A DNA stretch of 64,000 nt from Paracoccaceae bacterium (GTDB taxonomy: Bacteria; Pseudomonadota; Alphaproteobacteria; Rhodobacterales; Rhodobacteraceae): the NCBI GenBank assembly GCA_007692585.1, contig REBU01000105.1, positions 197 to 64,196 of the forward strand. The letters run 5' to 3'. Below, piece by piece: positions 30,101-37,091 of the stretch; positions within the stretch are counted from its first letter, which is position 1, and the number at the start of each line of letters is the position of its first letter. A program made the translations under genes and the position numbers. The notes under the pieces were generated by a model. The model had not been told where the DNA came from, ran no database searches, and saw only the letters and a list, made by a program, of their open reading frames with translations.

Positions 30101-31520
30101 CTTCCTCTGCCGAGATCGTGTTGAAGATCCAGAATTCACTCAACAGCGCTTCCGCCAGCAGGACATTGTCGGCCGGACGGCGCAGGCTGGCCACCCGCAA
30201 CAAGGTCTCGATCCGGGTGAATTGTACGCCACCAGCAGCGCCACGGTCATTGGCCTCGCGCAGCGCGCGCACCGGGAGGCCGCGCAACAGCCGGTCCAGC
30301 AGGTCGGTCCGATGGCGTGGCGGCTGCAAGTTGTGGACAACGCCCTCGAAGATCTGTGGCCGTCCCATCAGCCCCGCGAGCCGGTCCAGCGCTTCCAGCC
30401 GGGCCGCGTCATCAGGATCTTCCAGCAAGGCGTGAAGGGCGGTGATCGTGGCCAGACCGCCGGCATCGTCGCGCGCCGCCATAATCGCAGCCGCGCGGGC
30501 CTGCCTGCGATCCGCCAGCGCGTCACGCGCGGCGGTTCCCGCAGTGGCTGGATTGTAAAGCTCACGCGCACGCTCGCGAAGATCCGTGTCCAGTAATTCA
30601 GCCACATGCGTGCCCTGCACCGGATGCCTGCGCAGCGCGGTCAGCGTCGCCTCGGTCAGCCCCATGTCGAAAATCGTGCCGAGGCAGGCAATCTCCTGCG
30701 GTGTCAGGCCCGAAAACTCCATCCCTTCAAACAGATCCGCACCGGACCCGATGATCACCTCGGGCTCGGTCACGCTGAAGGCCGCAAGGATCACGCTGCG
30801 AAACCGGGCAAAATGGCCCGGCGAGACATTGTCCACAAGGGTCGCGCGCTCATCAGGTGTCAGCGCCGAAAACACGGCCTGCTGGATCTCCAGCGGTTCG
30901 GCCTCAACGAGCGTGAACATCTCGCGCACGGCGCCATCGGTGACCCACAAGAAGCCAAGCCAACCGCGCAGCAAGCGCTTGATGCGCGCGATCTCGGTGG
31001 CGAATTCGGTTTGCACCAGATCCGCGAGCGAGGTGTCATGCAGGGTCGTATCGGGCGCGATCCGGGCACGGGGCCGGTGCAAGACGCGCCCCTCGGCGGC
31101 GCGACGCCCTGCGTCCAGCGCTTCTGTCTCGGCCAGGGCCAGACGTGCGCGGGGCAACACCCGGCCCGGCGCGCGGGTCTGGGCGAGATGGGTCAATTCA
31201 TGGGCCAGCAGCGCGCGCGCCGCCCCGTCACCGGCGCGCAGACTGGCGCGCAGACTGGTGTCGCAAAGCTGGACACGCCCCGCTGACAGTCGCCCGCGCA
31301 GGCCCGGACGATCCAAATCAAGCTGCACCAGATCAGGGTCGGAAGGAAGCCCCAACGCCTGGGCGAGCCCGGTGAACCCCGCGCTCTCCAACGCGGCAGT
31401 CTTGTCCGGCAAGAGCGTCAGACCCAGCGCGACCGTGACCGGCGCGCCATTGTGCGCCAGCACAGGCTCCGCGCTCTCAGCCCTGGGTGCGGGCAAGGGA
31501 AGACGCACAGCCTCGTTCAT
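24108..31520 (-). CDS. giant (2470 aa) DUF4157-family protein of unknown function; prime cargo/effector candidate
   Basis: Uninterrupted 7413-nt ORF. The N-terminal region ends in ALLAHELTHLAQ, with HELTH encoded at 31188-31202. The remainder has no catalytic motif I recognise. It shows many short amphipathic strand-like repeats (IEVTGLNIRLG, LKLTGLTMSSG, LAVRITGLGPLG, LTIERLFLDRF, IETLRVREIDGEDITI, IVGLAVRNLAWSA, VEIHGLEVPTT). An acidic linker ESDSDSDDSASGPSDPPP lies at 24474-24527. Its ATG overlaps the upstream small-ORF stop. Confidence 0.75.
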   Translation of the reverse strand: MNEAVRLPLPAPRAESAEPVLAHNGAPVTVALGLTLLPDKTAALESAGFTGLAQALGLPSDPDLVQLDLDRPGLRGRLSAGRVQLCDTSLRASLRAGDGAARALLAHELTHLAQTRAPGRVLPRARLALAETEALDAGRRAAEGRVLHRPRARIAPDTTLHDTSLADLVQTEFATEIARIKRLLRGWLGFLWVTDGAVREMFTLVEAEPLEIQQAVFSALTPDERATLVDNVSPGHFARFRSVILAAFSVTEPEVIIGSGADLFEGMEFSGLTPQEIACLGTIFDMGLTEATLTALRRHPVQGTHVAELLDTDLRERARELYNPATAGTAARDALADRRQARAAAIMAARDDAGGLATITALHALLEDPDDAARLEALDRLAGLMGRPQIFEGVVHNLQPPRHRTDLLDRLLRGLPVRALREANDRGAAGGVQFTRIETLLRVASLRRPADNVLLAEALLSEFWIFNTISAEEAFLAWHLIKTLPDAMRAALLAENGDAIAQKISGALSAEMREELGMNFYRGGEGRTDLASIQAQLLDDALWRVATAGRLRGLIRMAVAAGEGEWVFLRSREVHDLDPERYMDPDFVAAIVTPLMLFNSERPDGTRRVSWSPEATSWQYNGFGSGIAGAFEAFGDLISLLYHSREGAALVGNVMFGRSVGGQGIDGVSLQNLMGGSIMGFRLAEGTDPSLSQERRDALVAARAAERGVNYIDRAYWDRRRGVLELEARALDLARVRYAMGDLLFAAEGGMVETLAMSLNIGTREGHRPTNMVLSIGRLDLTDTLLIQRDAMTAINRIEVTGLNIRLGREALSGEMRAADTGARVGAVLTAPFSWLLRPLGFMVTMGGRVEEITDGLTTPQVPSPLVVSFDTLKLTGLTMSSGQHVAEASLENVRLGIAGTVDDYLKILFESMDANVGQKVRLMVAAQRLPDGPQRAALETRVADLAQRVAALTDLSRQILDARAVVAQLGALDDLLPADQARLAAAQEVLAPYAQGGMTLDAGALVVTGLSGAINGHLPTLTDLHGRGAGSAGLLAFLIDSEALGRIVQGPAHRNATAPALRRDPAEFRLDLPDFTLEEVTIRGAIPKLSDTQAALERARAALEERSWDPQLVAAKAAAQERLAATERYLELARAGVTHLPRAEADELARLRTQLLASEAVYLHHLQVEGAQLGFSAEAGSLILAAQAFQATGDPAQSGAQGAAIRAGAFSLGSAEGRNVTLSLGVADGLRGFADLEARLARVGLSGAQLSVTDLLHQDMALSADRVGAEGFEIALDTRAGRLDAQAATLGVDGLHGRASRAWVDAQIAAAMAKPVDQRTATDTAAIAALREALDVIDGFERLLARLDAEIGLAEGDARARLVAQRADVISLYLLWEKRFAARSGVVEDLAVRITGLGPLGESGFDMGAARDRGVTIEGTGGADGRRLLRRLSLSDARFGATEAGQIEADEMSGRFMVSNTHIAIDRLTIERLFLDRFVMTSREDVPAAEHGGIRISQIYSNGATTATGIAVTADLHFEQTAEDPTQYRMIRAELGQFRIERLEAGYLGFASTHNAPDPLAPDAQGRYQSSIFEIDGGALLGIDASGLSIAFPPGERAAPVLLGQVQLDQIDNVRGLAMMEDVLDFGSAQLTGAHLSIAFVENGGQIIELGHAVELADGRRAREGGLRLSAGTARMPQGEVDFASGMITGRIERQGDETRLVGVGIASAQLSRFHFRAGAREIFSARPLNLRGITVDASVDTGEEGNPRLQIETLRVREIDGEDITIRDGSREIVIRQDPQLVQDAILLGTPLPPPLQIVGLAVRNLAWSARGGVAAGGQSDAGTIGLASAHAAFGLIEDDMNLGVLVDAAGLELAFLRDGTQQLDLADLDARVAGQINDSLTVDVSVRDLAVQGAVRTRDRIIVPNLTIPTITLDRLLFTSEQMRIDVPETGGRVVLTGTTAHVEFALDPDNAAQPVGAVEIHGLEVPTTTMRGITLTLYKALGDPAQGTTPRDLIVRAPETETVIMSNLRLQPQPAETAFRITPDPSNPESWLPTGLVQIDTITGDDLALDITGMLNATADLQLSGLTFDFLAAQGMAFSLQGLTATNIIGTAGEAGEHVFDLTEAGAAGFGAPNAGIGLNVLSRNRDGTVTLDSGVLSGLTYEMPDKGIKLHIESASLPGAGGARAVTFTPVAGRLNIPELIVTEARIEIADVRALVSGENDPNAPQQNLDFLRALNGTLNFDVNYAPLHFTESIMVRVTNGAVNFDQILSTVSAGEYIVFDVQGDRLVVQLNYGKLIGQLRRNPFYGRNPAYRLGVFAWEELDATERERAGTNREATLETLGRRLPESDSDSDDSASGPSDPPPVSLRNIVGDFTLAQTPIDLGAAGSIVVNGGSPGRAIDLDFTGDLINNPTAANSQLTFAIGTVGIEVGPNGPLTFGGVTAETAALHLTGFHDVQLFFQAFTPERLTAGVRGARLTNLNLSGL

Positions 31521-31747
31521 CGCTCCAGTGCCTCGATCAGGGCGCGCGCGGCCGCCGCGCCAATACGCTCAGGCCCATGCGCAGATGCAGCGGTCAGGAT
31601 TGTGCGCTCGGGCAGGACCGGCGGTCCCGACAGGCCCGCGCGCGCAAGTTCGGTGCGAAATCCGTCCAGAACGCGCTGGCTGTCACCGGCTGAAAACCCG
31701 TTGAGCGCGACGGCGCCGATCTCGAATTGCAGGGCCGCGCGGGTCAT
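31517..31747 (-). CDS. small hypothetical protein (76 aa), translationally coupled on both sides
   Basis: MTRAALQFEIGAVALNGFSAGDSQRVLDGFRTELARAGL... Its ATG (31745-31747) overlaps the ATPase stop, and its stop overlaps the giant gene's ATG. I recognise no motif. Confidence 0.45.
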   Translation of the reverse strand: MTRAALQFEIGAVALNGFSAGDSQRVLDGFRTELARAGLSGPPVLPERTILTAASAHGPERIGAAAARALIEALER

Positions 31748-33612
31748 GTCCAGCCCCCGGTCTCGGCCTCGGTCAAGGTCTTGTCGAGTTTGGCGCATTC
31801 CGCCTCCGCCGCGTGGGCGAGATCGGCCATGCGGATCGGACGGTCTGCCTCTGCGGCCAGAAAAGCCGCCGTCAGCGCAATGTTGCGGATCGCCCCGCCG
31901 GCGACAGAGAGCTTCGCCAGCAACGCAGGATCCAGCCCCTCGGTGCGCGCGCCTGCCGGGAAAGCACGCTGCCAGATGCGCAACCGTTCGGCATATCCGG
32001 GAAAGGGAAACTCCACGACAAACCGCAGCCTGCGCGCGAAAGCCTTGTCCAGCGCCGCGCGGAAATTCGTCGTCAGGATGGCCAGACCGCGATAGGTTTC
32101 CAGCCGCTGAAGCAGATAGGCGACCTCCATATTGGCGTAGCGGTCGTGACTGTCACGCACTTCGGATCGCTTCCCGAATAGCGCATCCGCTTCGTCAAAA
32201 AGCAGGATCGCGCCCCCGTCTTCCGCTGCATCGAACACGCCCGCGAGGTTCTTCTCCGTCTCACCGATATATTTGCTGACCACCTGGCTCAGGTCGATGC
32301 GGAACAGATCGAGGTCCAGATCGCGGGCCAGCACTTCCGCCGCCATGGTCTTGCCCGCGCCCGAGGGTCCGGCAAACAGCACACTGACCCCCAAGCCGCG
32401 GCCTGCAGAGCTGGTAAAACCCATCTGTCCATAGACCCGCTGGCGCTGGCGCACCTGCGCGCAGATCGCGCGCAGGGTGCGGGTTTCGCGCTCGGGCAGG
32501 ATCAGATCATCCCATCCCGCACCGGACACGATCTCTTGCGCAAGATCGCGCAGGCGCGGGCGCGATACGGCGCGCGCGGCGTTCCACAAAGTCTGGCGCG
32601 CGGCCTCGGGCGCCGCATCGAGCAGCGGCGCGGCGGCCTGGGCGGCTTCGGTGACATCGGAATAGCCCAGCGTGAAATGCCGCGTCACCGCGTCCAGCGC
32701 CCCGTTGAGCCGTGCTGCGCGCTGGCCCAGCTGCGCGCGCCACAGCAAGTCCTGTTCGGCCGGGGCGATCGGGGCAAGCCGCACCCGAAGGCGGGGCCGC
32801 GCGCAGGCACTGGCCGCGCCGCATCCGTGCACCATCAGCATGCCCGGCCCGGAGGCCAGCTCAGCCAACGCAGCGTGTGGCATCGCGCCCTCAATCAGCA
32901 AGGCCCGTCCGGCAAGCACCACCTCGCGCGTCCACAGCGTTGCAAAGCCGCGCCGCTCGACCGCGCTTGCGCCCAGATCAGGACCATGCAGCGCCCAGAC
33001 AAAACGCTGGCCCACCGCCGCCGCGGCGGCGGCAAGGGCACGCGCATCGCGCGGATCATCGCTGTCGATCTCAACAAGTGGCGGGGTTGCAGACGCCGTT
33101 GCGCGCCAGATCTGCAGCGCGTGCTGAGCCAAGGCTTCCGGCAGCGCTTCGGGCCGGGGCAGCGCCGTGAGCATCGGGGCCAGCCGGGTGTCCATCGGCG
33201 CCAGCCCCACGAGATGATGCAGGATGCGCTCATCCAGTGTGATCTCGGCCCGTGCGAGCGGCCGTGCGTCGGACAGACGGATCAATTCCCACCGCCGCAA
33301 CGGCCCTTGCGGCGAGAGCGCACTCCAATGCGCGCCCTCCAGCCGGGCGAGCGGCAACGCGAAAGACAGCACGCTGCGCTCTTCGGGGTCCAGCTGCCTA
33401 AGCGCCGGGGCCAGCGCCTCATCCACCTCGATGCCGGCGGCCAGCACCAGAATATCCTGCTCGAAAGGGCTCAGGCCGAAGGCATGGACGATCTCGCGCA
33501 GGCGGGGATGGTCGGGCAAGGGCGCATCCCCCCCCTCCAGCCTGGCCCGCGCAGCAGCGCAGAGCCCGCGAAGCGCCGCGAAACCGTCCCGCTCTGTGGC
33601 CATGAGCGTCAT
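31744..33612 (-). CDS. AAA+ ATPase (Afp15-like CIS assembly ATPase)
   Basis: The C-terminal AAA module has Walker A GPSGAGKT and Walker B ILLFDEADALFGKRS, followed by ANMEVAYLLQRLETYRGLAILTTN. A ~350-aa non-ATPase N-terminal region precedes it, as in Afp15/Pvc15-type proteins. Confidence 0.85.
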   Translation of the reverse strand: MTLMATERDGFAALRGLCAAARARLEGGDAPLPDHPRLREIVHAFGLSPFEQDILVLAAGIEVDEALAPALRQLDPEERSVLSFALPLARLEGAHWSALSPQGPLRRWELIRLSDARPLARAEITLDERILHHLVGLAPMDTRLAPMLTALPRPEALPEALAQHALQIWRATASATPPLVEIDSDDPRDARALAAAAAAVGQRFVWALHGPDLGASAVERRGFATLWTREVVLAGRALLIEGAMPHAALAELASGPGMLMVHGCGAASACARPRLRVRLAPIAPAEQDLLWRAQLGQRAARLNGALDAVTRHFTLGYSDVTEAAQAAAPLLDAAPEAARQTLWNAARAVSRPRLRDLAQEIVSGAGWDDLILPERETRTLRAICAQVRQRQRVYGQMGFTSSAGRGLGVSVLFAGPSGAGKTMAAEVLARDLDLDLFRIDLSQVVSKYIGETEKNLAGVFDAAEDGGAILLFDEADALFGKRSEVRDSHDRYANMEVAYLLQRLETYRGLAILTTNFRAALDKAFARRLRFVVEFPFPGYAERLRIWQRAFPAGARTEGLDPALLAKLSVAGGAIRNIALTAAFLAAEADRPIRMADLAHAAEAECAKLDKTLTEAETGGWT

Positions 33613-34904
33613 ATCGTCACCTGCGGTCCATTGAAGCTGCCATCCGCGGCCTGTGTCAGCCCCGTTTCCGCCGCATCGACCTGCACCCGGATCAGATAAG
33701 CCCCGGCGACGACCGCGCTGATCGCCACAGCAACCGATGCAGCCTCGGCAGTCGTGGCGGGCAAGCCGTTGCCGGGCGGCGCGCGAAAGCTGTAGCTGAG
33801 CCCTGAGCCGTCCACCGCATTGAGCGCCAGCGCCACCGCCTGCGCACGCCCGACCGCAGGGGCAAAACTCAAGGTCACGGTCCCGTCCCGCAGCGTAACC
33901 CCGTCGCGCACCTGCGAGGCGCTGGCGACAAAAGCGGCGGTCACGCGGGGCGCGATCACCAGAACGGCGGGGGTCGACACCGCGATCTCGCGCAGCTCTG
34001 GCGGCATGCCGAGAGGCGCGCGATGCGCGACTGTCACCGCCAACGCCCCGGCGCGCAGTCCGGTCGGCAGCGGGTCGGGAAGATTGAAAACCAGCCGGTC
34101 AGGCTGGCGCTGGGTCACCTGCGCGGTCAGATCCTCCGGGCCCAGACGCAGGATCATGTCAGCCGCCGCCAAATCCGCGCCCAACACCTCGACCGTGCTG
34201 CCTGGCAATACCGGCCCCGGCGCGGCACCCTGCGCCCGGACCGCGTCGATCCGTGGCCGGCCCTGCCCGGTCGCCCCGACACTGACACCCTGCACCGGCA
34301 ACGCCTTTCGGGTCGTCAGATCACTGTCGATCAGTACAGTCGTGACGCGATAGGCAAGCGTTGGCCGGTAGCGTGCCTGCAGCGCGCTCCAGAGTTTCGA
34401 GATTTCCTCGTTCGACATCGCCTCAGGGGTGATGCGCAGCGTCTCGAACTGATCGGCAAGCCCGGTTGCATCCAGCCCGCTGGGCCAGCCCGCAGGGGGT
34501 GCGGCCGGGGACAGTGCCCGCGCAATCATGGCCCGCGTTGGCACCGGGATCTCGTGAAACAGCTGCGCGGTCCGGCCCAGCAGGATCTCGGCCAGAAGCG
34601 GGGCCGCGCCATAGACCGTGATCAGCAGATGCAGATCCAGCGCCAGCGGTGGGGCCGAAACCCTCTGGCCGCGCGCGTCGCGGGTCGGCGCGTCCATATT
34701 CGCCCAGCCAAGGTTCCGGCTGACCTGATGCAGGAAGACATTGACCTGCGTGGGTTCGGCTGTCGACAGATCGACCCGGTCCGGTGGCAGGCTGCTGACC
34801 GTCACCGGCCCCACCGCAGAGGCCACAGGGGCTGCGGCGAACGCATTGGCGAGCATATCGCGCAGCAGCGCCGTGACACCTGCGATGGCCAGTGCGGTGC
34901 TCAT
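33609..34904 (-). CDS. DUF4255 (Pvc16_N) tail terminator/cap protein (Afp16-like) with long C-terminal extension
   Basis: IAGVTALLRDMLANAF...VTVSSLPPDRV...VNVFLHQVSRNLGWAN is the DUF4255 signature. About 235 additional C-terminal residues are beta-rich and Ig-like in pattern. Confidence 0.75.
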   Translation of the reverse strand: MSTALAIAGVTALLRDMLANAFAAAPVASAVGPVTVSSLPPDRVDLSTAEPTQVNVFLHQVSRNLGWANMDAPTRDARGQRVSAPPLALDLHLLITVYGAAPLLAEILLGRTAQLFHEIPVPTRAMIARALSPAAPPAGWPSGLDATGLADQFETLRITPEAMSNEEISKLWSALQARYRPTLAYRVTTVLIDSDLTTRKALPVQGVSVGATGQGRPRIDAVRAQGAAPGPVLPGSTVEVLGADLAAADMILRLGPEDLTAQVTQRQPDRLVFNLPDPLPTGLRAGALAVTVAHRAPLGMPPELREIAVSTPAVLVIAPRVTAAFVASASQVRDGVTLRDGTVTLSFAPAVGRAQAVALALNAVDGSGLSYSFRAPPGNGLPATTAEAASVAVAISAVVAGAYLIRVQVDAAETGLTQAADGSFNGPQVTI

Positions 34905-35782
34905 CGTGACGGGCCCTTGCGCGGGTCGAGATACGCGTCCAGCGACAGGGTCGGCCCGCGCCGCACCGGACCGCGCGGGCGCGCGGGGGACGGAGCTGGC
35001 GCGGGGGCGTTTATCTCGATCCGGTCAATGCGGATCGTCACCGGGGGCGGGGGTGGCGCGGCCCGCTCGGTCGGGCGTGCCAGATCCCGCAGCGCAGCGG
35101 TTGGCCCCCTCAAGGCAAATGGTGCGGCTGACGAAGGCACAGGTGCAGCCGGTGCGCGCGGCGCAGCCGCCGCGGCACTGCGAAACGGGGACGCGGCGAC
35201 TTGCGGTGGGGACGCGGCGACACCGGGTCTGGACACAAGCACGGCAGGATCTGTTGCGATCCGCAGATGGGATGACGGGGCGGCCGGGGGATCGTCGCGT
35301 CTCGGGCTCGGGGTGGGCGGTGCCACCCGACGCGGGACTGTCGCAGACGGCTGGCCAGTGGCAAGGTCGAGATCTGCGCGGTCGTGGGGCGCCGGCGCGA
35401 CTGAAGCCGGGCGCGCTTCCTCTGACGCCTCGCGCAGCGCCGGTGGCATGGCGGCGCTGGTGGCCAAAACGCCGTTCTCAGCGGCGCGTTCCGGGAGCAG
35501 TGGTCGGGGCTCTGGCGGTGCGGCAGAGTTCTCGCTTTCGCGCAACCGCTCTGGCAGGGGCTGCGGCATCGACACGGACAGCGCGCCGAGCGAGGGCTCT
35601 TCAGGGGGCCGTGGCGGCACCGCGCGCATGACGCGATCCTTTGGTGCAAGCTGATCGGGTGCAAGCTCTGGCTCTGCATCCGCGACTGTCATCTCTGGGA
35701 TAAAGCCCGGCGCGATCTGCGCTGCAACGGGGGTCTCCATACCGTTGCAGCGATCAAGCAGACGGTCGAACAACCCGCTCAT
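34901..35782 (-). CDS. Pro/Ala-rich protein, putative tail tape measure (Afp14 functional analogue)
   Basis: 293 aa, low complexity and visibly Pro/Ala/Arg-rich. N-terminus MSGLFDRLLDR; C-terminal block PPPPPVTIRIDRIEINA...TLSLDAYLDPRK. Sits between the tube-side genes and the cap. Start and stop both overlap neighbours. Confidence 0.45.
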   Translation of the reverse strand: MSGLFDRLLDRCNGMETPVAAQIAPGFIPEMTVADAEPELAPDQLAPKDRVMRAVPPRPPEEPSLGALSVSMPQPLPERLRESENSAAPPEPRPLLPERAAENGVLATSAAMPPALREASEEARPASVAPAPHDRADLDLATGQPSATVPRRVAPPTPSPRRDDPPAAPSSHLRIATDPAVLVSRPGVAASPPQVAASPFRSAAAAAPRAPAAPVPSSAAPFALRGPTAALRDLARPTERAAPPPPPVTIRIDRIEINAPAPAPSPARPRGPVRRGPTLSLDAYLDPRKGPSR

Positions 35783-36459
35783 GGCGCCACCATCGAGAGA
35801 TAAAGCGCCCGGCGCTCTGGCGGCACTGCAAGGATTTCGGCCTCGGTCCAGTGATAGGCGCTGGCAAGCGTGTGGATCTCCGTAATCAACCCGCGCGCAT
35901 TGGCGCGCAGTTCCTCCCAGAGCACGGGGACGATGTCAAAAACCCGAGACCATGCTGTCCCGCAGGCACTACAGGCGAGATCGAAAGTCACATGGGCCAA
36001 TGGATCTGCCGCCTCCAGCCAGTCCTCGACTGTCGTCAAGTCATCGGCTGCGACCGCGCGCCCGGCCACTGCCCGGGCGAGCTGCGCACGCGCCTCGCGC
36101 CGCGGCAGGTCGGCCACAGCGACCAGATCACGCGCGCTGAGCGGGCGGGCGTCGCATGGCCCATCCGACAACACCAACGGCACCACGTCCCCATTCTGCA
36201 GCGCCAGAAGGTCCGGCAGCGGGGCCACAAGCTCCAACTCCGTCCTGCAGGAAGGGCAGGTATCCACACAGGGCACGTCTGGCCCCGACATCGCGATCCG
36301 CAGCCGCATCAACGCCGCATCGCGCGCGCCCAGCGGCATGTCGGCGGCGCTTTCGCCAAGACCCAGCGCGCGGCACAGCGTCAACGCGCGGTCGGGTTGC
36401 CTCAGCTGGGGAGCAGCCGCGATCTGGAGCAACACAGCGCTGTCAGGCATTTGCGGCAT
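35779..36459 (-). CDS. conserved-looking hypothetical protein with split CxxC...CxxC (putative zinc ribbon)
   Basis: 226 aa. CPSC at residues 68-71 and CSAC at 163-166. C-terminal HWTEAEILAVPPERRALYLSMV. RBS GAGGGA lies upstream. Occupies the slot between the tube and putative tape-measure genes. Confidence 0.5.
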   Translation of the reverse strand: MPQMPDSAVLLQIAAAPQLRQPDRALTLCRALGLGESAADMPLGARDAALMRLRIAMSGPDVPCVDTCPSCRTELELVAPLPDLLALQNGDVVPLVLSDGPCDARPLSARDLVAVADLPRREARAQLARAVAGRAVAADDLTTVEDWLEAADPLAHVTFDLACSACGTAWSRVFDIVPVLWEELRANARGLITEIHTLASAYHWTEAEILAVPPERRALYLSMVAP

Positions 36460-36554
36460 GGCGATCCCTCAGGCATGTCTCCCAGCCCCGAACACCGCAA
36501 ACAGTCTTCCCCGGCGCGGGCCGGTGCGCAGGCAGACAAGCATCCCAAACCCGA

Positions 36555-37079
36555 TCAGGCAGGTTGGGTGAAAGACGTCTCGGTCGGTTCCTTGACGTCG
36601 TAGTCACGATCCCAGCCCTCGTTCTCAAGCTTGATCATCTGGATCGCCACAGCATTCGCATTGGCGTCAAGATCCGGAAGCGCCTGAAATTCGCTGACCC
36701 AGCAGCGGAAAATCTTGTAGGCAATGGCAAGCTGACCGGCCTCGTTATACAATTCGAGGATCACGTCGCGCCTGAAATCCGCAAGGCTGGTTTCCGCCCC
36801 GAGCCCTGCGCCGTAATTCCAGACCTTGTTGGCCCATTGCTCGAAATCAGGGTCATGGGTGACGCCGCGCTCGACACTGATGGCCTCGAACTCAGTGCGG
36901 CCGGGCGATTTGCGGCTGGTCGAAGGATCTCCGCCCTCGCGGTGTTTGACCACTTCCGTTGTGCGCTTGAGCATGCTGACTTTGCTGGCACCGAGCACAT
37001 AGCGCCCTTCCCATTTCAGGCGGAACTTGAAATTCTTGTAAGGGTCGAACCGGCTGGTATTGACGCTGAACTGTGCCAT
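36555..37079 (-). CDS. contractile tail tube protein (T4 gp19-like / TIGR02241-type; Afp1/5-like)
   Basis: KNFKFRLKWEGRYVLGASKVSMLKRTTEVVKHREGGDPSTSRKSPGRTEFEAISVERGV...AIQMIKLENEGW is the canonical eCIS/phage tube pattern. Confidence 0.9.
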   Translation of the reverse strand: MAQFSVNTSRFDPYKNFKFRLKWEGRYVLGASKVSMLKRTTEVVKHREGGDPSTSRKSPGRTEFEAISVERGVTHDPDFEQWANKVWNYGAGLGAETSLADFRRDVILELYNEAGQLAIAYKIFRCWVSEFQALPDLDANANAVAIQMIKLENEGWDRDYDVKEPTETSFTQPA

Positions 37080-37091
37080 GGGATCGCCTCC

